Shown here: positions 42,781-55,614 of the stretch, piece after piece | Layout: the number at the start of each line of letters is the position of its first letter | Numbering within the stretch: the first letter of the stretch is position 1 | DNA from: Rotaria socialis | Taxonomy: Eukaryota | Assembly (NCBI GenBank): GCA_905331295.1 | Contig: CAJNYD010000014.1 | Span: 124,001 to 188,000, forward strand | Length of the DNA stretch: 64,000 nt | Reading direction: 5' to 3' | Program-made: the position numbers and the translations under genes | Notes under the pieces: generated by a model | The model's input: the letters and a program-made list of their open reading frames with translations, nothing else | Told to the model about the DNA's origin: nothing | Database searches by the model: none

Positions 42781-44085
42781 ATGAACAAGACAGAGCAGTC
42801 ACAGGTAAGCAACTATATTGACTGATTTGTAAAGAGACCTGTAGTGTTTAGCTCTTTCATAAATGAATCTGATATTACGTCAATCTCAGCGTGGCCTAAT
42901 AGTACTTTTTCAGTAACTATTACCAGTGATAATCATATCAATGTTAAATTGTTGAGCTCATCCAGAATTAAAATATTGAAACCATATTGATACCTATTTT
43001 TTTTTAATGGAACGATATTCCAGGTCGAACAGTCCGGCCTAGAAACGACCGGTTCCGGTTAGTTCCGTTGATTTTGTGGAAGCAGTATTCTGGTTGGAAA
43101 AAATTCGGATTTTTTCCGGTGATTTCCGATCACTTCCTGCCGGAAAGCACCGGAATCTGGCAGGAATTTTCCGGAAAAGTCCGGATGTATTTTTGACCGG
43201 AGTACTGCTTCCATGTTTCAGCGATTTCCCGTGTTTCCCTGCAGGATATGGTGACTTTCCCGCATATTTCCTGGAGTATCCTACGGGATCCGGTGGCCGG
43301 AATGTTCGACCTGGGTATCCATTTATAGGCACGAGTTAGAATCTTATTGAATAATTAAAATGAAAGAAAGTTTTTTCAAGCTTAAACCGCTAATTTAATT
43401 TATCGAAATGATTCCGGCTTAGGATTCGCCCTGACAACGACTTCGAACTTTCTTGACGAGTTATTTCAATTGATTTTATATTTATACAGAATCAACAATC
43501 AAAGCCGCGGATAATAATTGTGCATGGTAGCGCAATAACACCTGGAATTATTAATCGGCATTGGTATAAATGGTTGCAAGCGGAATTACAGAAATTAGAC
43601 TTTGATACAATCGCACCATCATTACCTGATGAGAAAGAAGCGAAAGACTGCATATGGATACCATTTCTATTGGAAAAATTAGGTTCCGCGGAAGTAAGTC
43701 GAAATAAAAACACTCACCACTATGAATCATATAATAACAATATTTATACTTGTAGAATGCTATCTTAATTGGACATAGTTCAGGTGCCATGGCCATTCTA
43801 CGGTTATGTGAACAAGTAAAAGTTCAAGGACTCGTATTAATATCAGCTGGTTATGAAGGTAATGATGAAGACCAACTATGGAATTGGAATAAAATCAAAG
43901 ACAATACACAATGGATTGAACAATTTCACAGTTCTGATGATCCATTTACACCAGTTAATAGTAGTCGTTATATAGCAAAAAGAATACAAAGTACATATCA
44001 TGAGTTCCATGATCGAAATCATTTTTTATGTCCTGAATTTCCAGATTTAATCGATATAATAAAAACTCGTTGTGGGTTATCATAA
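42781..44085 (+). CDS. RBBP9: RBBP9/YdeN-family serine hydrolase (alpha/beta fold), 3 exons
   Basis: Exon 1 MNKTEQSQ|gtaagc, then IIIVHGS...HWYKWLQ...LPD...IWIPFL, nucleophile motif LIGHSSGA, QFHSSDDPF (Asp) and DRNHF (His). Confidence 0.9.
43019..43315. mobile_element. MITE (CCAGGTCGAACA termini) inside RBBP9 intron 1
   Basis: CCAGGTCGAACA...TGTTCGACCTGGG ends with TTCCGG/CCGGAA internal repeats. Confidence 0.8.
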
Positions 44086-44742
44086 ACAATACGAGTACAA
44101 GAATCTGAATGATGCAGTTTGAGAAATTATCGACATTCACTAAAAGTAGTGGATATATTGAAATTTATCTTTTGATAGGATATAATAAACTTTAACTGTA
44201 TCAAATAATATGCAAGATTTCTCTGGGTGAACTTTCACATGTTATTGATTGCCAGGTGTCTATGTCACCCTTGTTCTTAATCTACAAGAGATACTTACCT
44301 TGGGGTCTCGTTTCGTCTGAATCGTTGTTGGGGAAAAAATGAATTTCGAAAAGAACTTGTTTAAAGTTGTTTTTTAAACTAGTAGAAATAGTTTACACGT
44401 TATACTGATACTTAATGAATGTAATTAGTGAAATGTGATGCTTTGAATCTGGGATTCGAATTTCACAAGAAGCTTCTTTTGAAATTTTTTAGTATGTTAT
44501 CCAACAAATCTTACTCCGTATTGATAATACTTAAACAAAACGAAATTCTAAAAACAAATGATGATTATCGTAATAGATATCTTTCGTATCTATTCATTTT
44601 TCTCCTTTTATACAATTCTGATATAGAAAAAATACAAAAAAATAATAAAGAATGAATATTATAGCAAATTTATTTTCCTTTTTTCCAAAAAAGAATAATC
44701 GCATCGAAAAAATAAAGATAGAATAAATGTTATTTTTTTGTT

Positions 44743-45642
44743 TCAGTAGGGAGTAAATGGCTGTAGCAAGGCCATGATTAGAAAAATAAATGACGTTGAG
44801 TAAATAGTATTTCCATGATTCATAGGTAAAAATGGTTTTATATTATTAAGATCTTTTTCTAATTTGTTTCTTATATCTGTAAATATTTGTAATCGAGAGC
44901 AATCAGCTCCATTACATACGACATTCATCTCAACAGTTTCTAATTGTTTTTTATTTATATAATAAACAGCAGTAATAGTTATTTGTGACAATAGAAATTT
45001 TGGATCAACTGATTCATCATCGTTACATACTGATTCATAACAAAATTGCGTCGTATCAGTTGTATCAAATTTTTCATCCATTAGACATGCACCTTGACAA
45101 ATTTTTACATTACATTGATCAGCTTTTATAATTCTTGTTCCATTATTACATTTGTTTTCACTAACACACTCACGACATATTATCGTGTCTGTACTTGATT
45201 TACGTAGGAGATTGTCACTAAGCCAATTGTTAGGTAACATTAATGATAAACCATTAGCAGGTAATTGCTTTAATAGATCAGCTCGATTACATCGATCTGT
45301 TTGGCATGCATAAATTATTTTATTTGATATGCTGAACCAACGTCGAGTTATTTCATTGTAGGAAATCGTTTCTACTACTGATATATGATATGGATCAGAT
45401 ATATAGGGTGTATAATCCCATGGAATATGACGTATTTCAAAATTAGTTGCACCTTGTGAAGTTTCTCGTAACAGAATACAATATGAATTTTTTGCATCAA
45501 CATACTTTATAGTGTCACATGTACATGATGCTATACTATCACAATTCTTACAATCAAAACAATCGAGTGATGATGTGAATTGAACAGAAAGAAGAAAAGT
45601 AAGTATAGTAAAATAAAGACTTGAAAATATATAACCATTCAT
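44743..45642 (-). CDS. Intronless secreted Cys-rich protein with two repeated Cys modules and a hydrophobic C-terminus (possible GPI anchor)
   Basis: Signal peptide MNGYIFSSLYFTILTFLLSVQFTSS. Module 1 runs LDCFDC...CQTDRCN and module 2 runs CREC...CNGADCS. The C-terminus is STSFIFLIMALL. Confidence 0.8.
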   Translation of the reverse strand: MNGYIFSSLYFTILTFLLSVQFTSSLDCFDCKNCDSIASCTCDTIKYVDAKNSYCILLRETSQGATNFEIRHIPWDYTPYISDPYHISVVETISYNEITRRWFSISNKIIYACQTDRCNRADLLKQLPANGLSLMLPNNWLSDNLLRKSSTDTIICRECVSENKCNNGTRIIKADQCNVKICQGACLMDEKFDTTDTTQFCYESVCNDDESVDPKFLLSQITITAVYYINKKQLETVEMNVVCNGADCSRLQIFTDIRNKLEKDLNNIKPFLPMNHGNTIYSTSFIFLIMALLQPFTPY

Positions 45643-45853
45643 TGTTAATATTTTTGTTTTAACGTGTATGAAAATGAAAACAATAAAATGTTGAAGGTAG
45701 ATATGCAAGAGTGATAACAAATGATAAAGATAACCGAGATATTGTGAAATTGATATAAAAAATCTTATTCTTCCTTTTTAAGGAAGGTTGATAATTTTGT
45801 ATTCAATTTAATATTCTCTTCCTACTTTATTAATATCCATTTATTTAATTTTA

Positions 45854-45892
45854 ATGTGACGTTTCGTTGTAGTTTACAACTTCATCAGACAT
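45854..45892 (-). ncRNA. Minimal type I hammerhead ribozyme (Penelope-type)
   Basis: Minus strand reads AUGU-CUGAUGA-A-GUUGUA-AAC-UACAAC-GAAA-C-GUC-ACAU: stem I AUGU/ACAU, intact core, 6-bp stem II, palindromic ACGU in place of stem III and a GUC cleavage triplet. Confidence 0.8.
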
Positions 45893-46269
45893 GATTCTAT
45901 GTACAATTTTTACAATTTAAATTATAATTTAAGATCATAGAGTTAAATATCTACATTGTGTAAGGGATGAAACAGATGTAAAAGGTGTGACAATAAGACT
46001 AGCTCGTTTTCTTTTTTCTTTCTTCTTTGATCTTCTTTACATTTTGTTTAATAGTGATACGAAACAAGACGGTAATAGTATTGCTCTGGATTGCTGATTC
46101 AGTTCTGTATCACTATTAAACAACATGTAAAGAAGATCAAAGAAGAAAGAAAAAACGAACTAGTCTAATTGTCACACCTTTTACATCTGTTTCATCCCTT
46201 ACACAATGTAGATATTTAACTCTATGATCTTAAATTATAATTTAAATTGTAAAAATTGTACATAGAATC

Positions 46270-46308
46270 ATGTCTGATGAAGTTGTAAACTACAATGAAC
46301 CGTCACAT
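46270..46308 (+). ncRNA. Degenerate second hammerhead copy
   Basis: AUGU-CUGAUGA-AGUUGUAAACUACAAU-GAAC-CGUC-ACAU: GAAA has become GAAC and the stem II closing pair has become G-U. Confidence 0.6.
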
Positions 46309-47431
46309 TAAAATTAAATAAATAAACATTAATAAAGTAGGAAGAAAATATCAAAATGAATACAAAATTAAAAAATTTTACATAAGTTACATCAGATTCA
46401 AGAAAAAAATTGTTTTCTTGTTTTAACTAGAAAAATTTTATATCGATTTAATGATCAAGTTATGTTTTAAATAATTCTACCAAAAAACTGGACTTCATTC
46501 AATAGAAATACTCCCATCTGTGGATTTGAGCAATACAAACGAATGCACTGAGAAGCTAAAATAGGTATTGAAAGTAATATATTTCAACATCATCAATTAA
46601 AATAAATATCTGCATTAACCTTATTCGTTAATTATGAGCGAAGACCAGTTTCATAAATAACGTTGAATACATGCATACATATGATAAACCTATAGAATAA
46701 TCTGGCATTTAAAATTTACAACATCAATTTATCTTTTCGCATGATGACTTTTATTAAACGTTTTCTTGTATGCATGCAAGTTCAAAACATTCGGGAAAAA
46801 AAAAGAAGGAATGCTCCTATACTACTTGGACAGTATCATAAAATGCTAGTTAATACGAAAATAATTAAGAAAGCATAACAAATAAATGAATCATGATTTA
46901 CACATTGGAAGATTCTAATACAAGAAACAACATGAAATATCGAGTAAAATTTCAAGTATTGTAATACGGTAATGATCGAACTTTAAAGAAACTTTCTGCT
47001 GAAAACTGAAATTAATATTGTTTCATAAAAATTAATTATGATCATTTGCGAAATGGATTCATAGTTGAATTCAATTAAAAAAATTTCCCCCAATCATATA
47101 AACGGTATTCGCTATCATCATAACATGACACAAAGGGAATTGCCACTTATTTTAAATAGTATTCATTGATAAAATTAGACTCGTTTTATTTAATCATGCT
47201 TAGCAAATATTGTAAAATAAAAGAGCTACTAGTTTTGCATAGTTTCATCATTTTGAAAAATTTCTATAGGAAATCAAATATTAAAAAAAGTGAAAATATT
47301 GATGTCATTTTAACAACGTACGAGCTTTTATAGCATTCTTCAAAGGCACTTTATCGAGTAATAAATTCGGAAGAATTTCTTTTGAGTTGATGTCATTTTT
47401 ATCATAAGATCAAATAGAATAAAACCAACAG

Positions 47432-48150
47432 GATTATAGTACTTGACTTTTGTCACGTATCACGAATTGGGTAATAGAAATAGAAGTGGTCAAGATCAAT
47501 AATATATTTTGTTGACTTGAGAAACCGAAACAGAAAAACGAGATGAAAGAAACGAATATTAATACTAATCCAGTTTTCTTTAGAAGAGAACATATATATA
47601 TATATATGTATATATGCTGACTCATTCGAAAGGAATTTAAAGAACAGAAAACAAAACATACACATATAAGATAATATATATGTTACTATATCACGCTCCC
47701 CTGTTTTAAATTTGTTCGATCAAACAATGTACTGGTTTTCTACTACGTGATGAACGTCGTAAAACTTTCGACTGTTGATCAGATGGAGAAAATGATGATG
47801 AATCGTCGTCACAATCAGCGGATTCAGTTGATTGATGCGTAACTATAAGATCGTCATCAGTAGACCAGTACCGCTGTCTAATTTGATTTTCATGACGACG
47901 CCATATTTGTTCTTCAACTTTTACAGACCAAAGACGAGAACCTATACGATTAATGAGTATACTTGATACCCATTCCACTTTATGATGAACATTCTTAGCA
48001 TGCTTATGTTGTTTTGTATTTTCATAACAGCTAGTTCATCTGATACATCATTTCTATCATTTGAACCTTGAATAAGGACTGATTCAAATATACGAGCTGC
48101 ATTGAATGTTTGTTCAAATGTTTCTAAATTTTGCTGCATTAAGTGCTTAC
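47432..48150 (-). mobile_element. Ty3/Gypsy LTR retrotransposon 3' remnant: integrase C-terminus, PPT and ~260-bp LTR (47432-47693)
   Basis: Frameshifted KW...ILINRIGSRLWSVKVEEQIWRRHENQIR...LRRSSRSRKPV, then purine tract AAAACAGGGGAGCG immediately before TGATATAGTA...TACTATAAT LTR-like ends. Confidence 0.75.
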
Positions 48151-49192
48151 GTACATGTTCCCTCTACTGAAAGGAGGGTTACACGAAAAGGGTGCTAGCA
48201 CCGTTCGTGCGTATGTTCGTTCGTCCAATAGGAAAGCACATGCATAAACTTAACTAACTTCAAACAATATCCTGCAGGATACGGTTGACCGAAGGTAATC
48301 GGGGTCGGGGAACACGATGGGGTTGTCAGTTTGTTGAAATTTTGTAGTTCAAGCAAGTTTATATTGGATTACGAGCTGTTTAGATCGTCACATTTTCTTG
48401 ATAGGAATGCTTTGTAGGGAAATTTTTTGAGGATACCATTCGATGATGTTTATAGTGTTAGATGTATCGTATGGTTATGTAAAATATTATTACGAATAGG
48501 TTATAGGCATCGTGCGGTGGAATTGATTCTCAATTTGGGAGCGACTAGCCGTGAGTGGCGCTCCGGAGGGGCGCCGACGAAAGACTAGCCGCTCACTTGC
48601 ACTGAGACTTTGAAAATGTTTTTCAAAGTCTTCAGTTTATTTTTGATATGCCAACTTTTATTGCAGCAAGAAGAATTTATTCAAACTTGACACGTAGAAT
48701 TCTAGATTAGCGCTTCTACGAACGTTCGCAAACTGTGCAAGTACTCAGGAATCTTGTCTTATTCTTCTCAAAATTGTGAGTAATTTTTTTCATATGTAGA
48801 TGAAACTAAATTAAATTAGTTCCATAACAATTGTTTTTGGGTTTCTTGAAAATTCTCTTTGTTTTCATCTAATAATTATAGAGTGAGGCGAAGCTTTCTA
48901 TCAATCATACCGTGCTTAAAAGGATCACGTTCACCGCATATATGAGACAAAACTAGCCGCTCAGTTGAAAATCTGTTGTGATTATAAGACTACAGGCCTT
49001 GGAGACTTATAGAGTAGTTACACGTTGTCTCCATCAGAAAAGTTGAAACATTTTTCGAAAAAAGGAGATAACTTGAAGTTCTTCTGAAGACAGATTGTGA
49101 AATAATTGCTCAAGTCGTGTGAAATATTTGAAATTTATATTTGCCATAATTATCTTAATAAGTTTAGCTTTTCCTGATTGCGAGTGGATTTG

Positions 49193-49480
49193 CCAAAGTC
49201 AAGCAATCCGACAGTAGGCACCTATCGGAACCCATCCGATCCGACTGGAATCCAATAGGATTTTATCGGATCCTGTCAGATCTTACAGAATTATCGTTGG
49301 ATTCCGGGTCGAGGAATCGATGTCGGATCCTCAGTGTCGGATTGCTATGAATTCCAAGGAAAACCCGTTGTATGTCATCGGAACTTCATAGAACTCCGAC
49401 ACTGAGGATCCGACATCGATTCCTCGACCCGGAATCCAATAGAATTGTATCGGATCCGATGTCGGATCAGTCGACATGGG
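49193..49480. mobile_element. MITE of the CCC family with internal perfect ~41-bp palindrome arms, TSD TG/TG
   Basis: tg-CCAAAGTCAAGCAATCCGACA...TGTCGGATCAGTCGACATGGG-tg. 49301-49341 is the reverse complement of 49395-49435. It shares GTCGGATCCTCAGTGTCG with ~40726-40743. Confidence 0.7.
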
Positions 49481-52247
49481 TGATTCACAAGATATAAATC
49501 TTAGATTTATCTATCTGTGAACATGCACCCGGGAATGAATATATACATTCTAGACGGAAAACGCGCCGAAGCAAAATGAACCCAGATGGATTTGAGCAAA
49601 AATAAGGATAAACCTAACCGAAATTGAGTTAGAAAAAGTCAGTTTGATTTGATCTATGATTTACTCGTGCAGATTCACGTTAAATATCTAGTTCACAGAC
49701 CAATTTGAGTTGTAACTTCACTAAAATGGAATATTTCGATTATAGCTCTCCTGAATGGATCTTCTGCTTCACTCTGTTATCAAGCTGATCGAAAGTTTTT
49801 GGGAGCACAGCTTGAGCTGTAGCAGATCGGATGCACTTAAATTCACTATCACCATAAAGTATTTGTAAGTAGTAATTAAATGCCGTTTTCTTGGTAATAC
49901 TGCCAAGCAAGTTTTCTATTTATGCTCGGTTATCAATCGTGTTTTCCATGAAAATCATTTCGAAGCTATAAAATGTGAAGTCTCTCGGCTAGATAGTTTT
50001 GGATAGCTACGTTCCACATGATTAAATCCTTTCAGTAGATGGTTGGCGACGCTAACGTCGCGTTACCTTGTATTTATTTCGTTCTTTATTATACTTCATG
50101 CATGAAACGTTGATAATTGCACATTTGGTTCTCATTCTTCTCTCTCCTAAGAGCATATCAATAAGCGCTCGCTCATTTTCTCACCTTGAAGTCATTGTAC
50201 TCATTTGCTCGATCATCGATTAAGATCGTCGATGAGTTTCGTTCTAATGAAAAACATTGATAATGAAATTTGCACCGATAGAGAACGATCTTATCAAATC
50301 AACACCAAATAACAATCAACAAATGACTGTTGAACAAATAATACAGTAGTTATATGCACCTGGAAGGAAATAATCATCTACACCGCTAACATTCAAACTA
50401 AATTTAGAGTTTCGTTCGTATATCAACAAGCAGCTATTTTAAAATAGCACTTACTATTATCAAGTTTAAAACGGAAAAATCAGAAATCAAAGAATTTTAT
50501 CAATATCTCTAAGCTACAAAACCTTATCGAATAATAAACTTCAATCGCTTCAAATTTAAGTAAAATATTTATAACAACAATAATACAATCTTCTCTCGAT
50601 TTAATATAGTCCAGTGGTGAATTAGAAGAACTGAATAATGTATATACCATTAACTACTGTAATTGAAGAGTATTTTAGAAAATCAGCAATGTAAGTAATA
50701 CTTTGACTCATCGTTCACACAGTTGATAACACAAAATCAGTGATAAACAACTATGAATTCATGACAAAGTCATTCTCTACAGATAAGTGACCGTCATGTA
50801 TTAATCATGCCAGTGTCTCAGCGATTTAGGTGAAATTTACTTGCGATCGTTTTATTCTTGGTATCTATTATACATTATTACTGTAAAATCATGAATATGT
50901 TGAAGAGAATATTTAATTGTTCTTTTGCTTAACCAAAAAAAGTGTATACAATATAACTTTTAATAGGGAGTAAATAAGTATTGATTTACTATCAAAAATG
51001 TTTTTGAATATTAAATATCGTTAAAATCAGGTAAACTTTCCATTTGAAGTCTATCCTTTGCTTCTAGACTCGGTCTGGCTTATAATCACATAAGTAACTC
51101 ATGTGCTCATCACTAGTATTCAAGTTCTATGAAATGTACGTATGATCTGCAATATATGCCTAGTCATATTTCTATTACTAATATCAATGATAGTTGAATC
51201 CATTATTCTCTTAGCATGATCGCTATACTCCATCTGATGGTCATGGCAATTAATTATTCGGTAAATATTTTCAAAAAGTGAGTGAATATCGATCTGATTA
51301 AAAAGAGTGAAATGAAAGGTCTATACATGCGATATGATCATCTTTATTAACGCAAACACTATGATTTTAGACGAGACAAAGCACAATTCATTCGTTGTTA
51401 TGTGATAGAGGCTAGCTCCATACAAACTATTAGCAATAGCTAATAGACATAGATGAACGGTTTAGTTGGCTATCTATACTAATAACTTCGCTAATATGTT
51501 AAGAAGAAAAAAACATTAGCTTGTTTAAAATAGCAATGGAAGTTTTCTGCATAGGCGTACACAGTCCAGTATATAATTTGCCTATGTAAAATCATAGAGT
51601 AGAACTAATCTAAGAATTAAAACATCTAGCTTACTTTAACATATACGATTTCCATAAACTTGATAAATGATATAAGACCTGCAAGATTAAATAATCCATT
51701 CAGCAAATTTAAGTCGTTCAATTTTTTACAACAACGTGTGATATTGTCATTTACTTGATAGGAGGGAAAATGATCACATTTGAAATTTATTAGGCGCAAA
51801 ATAAATGAAACTAATCTAAGGAAGTCATTCATCATCTCTTCTTTAGTTTTTCCAAATTTTAGCTGCATGAAAGTTTGCCATATTTTGTTCTGTAGGTTCT
51901 CTTTCATGCTTCACCTCATCGTTTTGTATCGTCTTTTCAAGTCATCACGTTTGCATTCCTTTCGTTTTCACTTAATTTTTTCTCATTTCTGATATTTTTT
52001 TCTCTTCACCTTATTTTATCCATCAAAAAGAGCATCTCATTAATTAATTTTTTCGCTTTGTTTTCGTACGTGTCATTATCGCTTGCTATTACATAATAAA
52101 AACAATTTTTTTTTAAACACTTACAATTATAGTAATTACTAAACGAACAAATGACAAAAAATAAATGCATCAGTCGTAGAAAAAAACAAATTAAATTATT
52201 TATTTTTATTTATTATGTCAAAGTATGTTTTTAGATTTAATAAAACT

Positions 52248-54415
52248 ATGGAAAAAATGACTTCATTAAAATCCAACAAGCAAACTCCTAGGAAACGAAG
52301 AGCACATTTGAGAAGTACGCTTAAGTATGAAAATGAAGGATATATTAATTTGTTTTCAAATAATTGATTTCACGTGTTTAAAGAGAATCGTCCAAGGCAA
52401 ACGATACAAATCAACGTTTAAATTATAAGGAACCACTTATTTAGTAAGTCTTTATTCATGCTTTAAAGCTCTTTGATAATTATTTGAAAACAGTAAACAT
52501 ATATCAATACTTTGTTTATTCATCTTTACCAATAGTGCCATTAATAATCGTCAAAGTTGCATTAATATTCGATCAATAAACTGTGAAAAACAACGAAATA
52601 AAAACAAATCTTCATTAGATAATCGCATTCGAATAAATGTATGCGGTGACCGTTATGAAACATATGAAACAACGCTTGATATTTATCCAAATACATTACT
52701 TGGAAATGATAAACAACGCAGTTTTTACTATGATGAAGATCGTAACGAATATTTTTTTGATCGTCATCGTTCATGTTTTGCAGCCATACTTTATTATTAT
52801 CAATCGAATGGTCGTTTAAGACGACCAGATTATGTTTCACTTGATATTTTTCTCGAAGAAGTTCTTTTCTTTCAATTAGGATCCGAAGCTTTTAGTCAAA
52901 TAGGAAAAGATGAAAAAATTACAATAGTTAAAAGAAGACGATTACCGAAAAATTCTATTCGAAGATTTTTGTGGGCAATTACAGAATATCCAGATTATTC
53001 AAAACTAGCAAAGATTGTTCATATTATTTCATTAATTATGGTTTTACTTTTAACAATGGCTGTTGCTTTTGAAACGTTACCACAATATAACAATTTATAT
53101 TGTGCTACAGACAGCATAAGGAATATTACTTCTATGCAGAATGAAACATACCAAAATTCTACTAGTAAAGTGGACGTTTGTCATTCATATTTTGAGTCAC
53201 CATTCTTTCTTATTCAAGCTATTTGTGTCGGTTTTTTTACGATTGAATTTCTAATTCGTACACTAAGTACACCTTCGCCTCTAGATTTCATCAAAAGTCT
53301 AATGAATTGGTCTGATCTAATAGCTATCATATCTTTTTATATTATACTTAGCATTTACTTAACTGAGAGTCAAGATAAAATCAACGTGGATACAAATGCT
53401 GGTCTGCGATTTTTACGTGTAATTCGTCTACTACAGGTTTTCAAACTTGGCCGAATATTTAAAAATGTAAAATCATTACGTGTATTTATAACAACTGTAA
53501 AACAATCGTTACTTGATTTCCTCAGTGTAATTATTATAATAACTGTCGTCGGGTTTCTTTTTGGTACTGCTGTTTTTTATGCCGAAAATGGTTCAAATGA
53601 GCAAGTTTTCAATTCAGTTTTTACGGCAACTTATTGGGGTGTTAGTACAGTTACATCTTTAGGGTAAGTTAATTTTATTTTTCTATTCGCCGAAATGCTT
53701 CTATATTAGATATGGTGATATAATACCCATAACAATATTAGGTCGAATAATAAGCTGTTTTTGTGCATTATGTGGTACTGCAACAATGGGTATTCTTACT
53801 TCTGTTCTTGTCGGCCGTTATCAACAAGTGTATGCTCAAACAATATTTATTGATGAAGAAACACTTGACTTCTATAAATATTTTAATTCAGAAGATGAAC
53901 GTATAAATTCAATACATTTGAAACGTTCGTCTAATTATCATGAAATTTCGAATATTGAAAATTCTAACGAACAAGCAATGGAGACTATAATCGATCAAAC
54001 AAATACAACAGAAGTTCCTCAAATACTCAACTCACAATCAATAAAAATGAATACAATGAAATCAATTAGTAATCAAACGTATTTCATTCTTGGTTATGTT
54101 AAAAACCGAAAACAAAGCATATCCCAAGCGTTATTAGAAAAAATTAATGCTATAATTGAAAAAAACCGAAGATTTGGAATTACTTTATCATTAAATATTA
54201 TTTCTGGTGAAATGAACTCAGAATTTTCGGCAATGGATGTTAAATTTCAACTCGGATCACCATCATCTGACGAAGAATCTTCTGCTGAGGATAATGATTA
54301 TGATTATGATATTGACGATGATAATGATGCTTTAAGAGAGCTTACAAAAGGTAGTAGAAGTAAAGAAACAGTACTGCATACATTTGCACGGCGAATATCA
54401 CAAATTTATGATTAA
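52248..54415 (+). CDS. Voltage-gated K+ channel, Shaker superfamily (divergent paralogue B), 4 exons
   Basis: T1 RIRINVCGDRYET...YPNTLLG...EYFFDRHR, S2 FFTIEFLIR, S4 LRFLRVIRLLQVFKLGR and pore TVTSLG|YGDIIP. The upstream exons splice in frame from ATG 52248. Confidence 0.9.
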
Positions 54416-55614
54416 TTGTATAATTTAAAATGAAATTTATGAAATATTAAGATAAATAAAAGTATTGTGTAACAAAAAAACAAATCATCTTCTAGTATAT
54501 AGATACCTATTAATGAATAACGAATAGTATGATCTATTTATACCTTAATGTGACAATTGAATCGACGCAAATGGTTGATAAAACCTCAGTTTGCAACTTT
54601 TTTCTCATTTACCTTTTTCCGAAACCATAAATAAAATGTAGATTATGCGCGGAAGTAATTAGCTTGATAAAAAAAAAACTTAACAGGTTAAACTGACGTT
54701 TTCAACATTTACTAAGTTCATGTAGTATTCTCACTCTGTCAGAATTGTTCTGACCCAAGTGACTCAAAATATCAATCACTATATGATCAGTGCAATTCTA
54801 AAAAAAATCAAAATTAAAGGTTCTATTATAAACTGAGTTTAGCACGTGACAAACATTACGATTAGTATTTTGTTTCTCATATTTAAATCTGTATAAATCA
54901 GTAATTACAGAATTCTGCTCCGTCGATCGAAAAAGCTGAATAATAATATCTCAAGTAAACGAAATACTAATGTCTATCGCTTTTTACTGCAGAGCACATA
55001 GCAATGATATGCTAAACTTTACTTTTGTAAAGACGTTGTATGTGCATATCTCGCACTCGTCGAAATAGAATCTTTTTATTTTGTAATGTTTGAATCAAAC
55101 ACGTCCATTATTGTTGATTGTTGAAATGGGCTAAAATAGATGATTATGTACTGATATTCTTGAATATGATGCATGAAATGAAGGAACAAATGTGTAGAGC
55201 ACATTGTCACATTGAATACATATGTACTTGACTGTAGTATAGATTTTTTATTATTGTTACAAATAAACCATGTAAAAACATCTACAATCTAGATCTTATT
55301 TATAAATAACTTCTGCGAAGTTTTAACTCAAAAGATGTTTTCAAATAACTTTTATATATGGCTTTCAATAGAACACTGATTTACGCTTAAACTATGAAAT
55401 AGTAATCATTGAATTCTATAGTTTGAATATAAACTCGATTGAAGGGCGATTTCATAGTAGGATATGTTCATTTGTCAATATACTAACGAGTAACATTCAT
55501 ATCCGAAGAACATATTTGAATATATTATGAATTAGATTTGATGAAATATTCATACTTCCCCATTGATCAATGCATGTTCTAGTTTTGATTGATATTGTGA
55601 TAGCTTTCAAATGA

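Larger units (their letters stand above)
45792..46370. repeat. Long inverted repeat (arms 45792-46060 and 46107-46370, 46-nt spacer); probable Penelope-like inverted pLTR remnant
   Basis: The arms are near-identical reverse complements by direct reading, and each carries a hammerhead core. Confidence 0.9.

Noticed and set aside
43039..43339. ORFs on both strands here, and similar ones at 42124-42327 and 60172-60405
   Set aside because: They are stop-poor frames arising from GC-rich MITE interiors and have no protein motifs.
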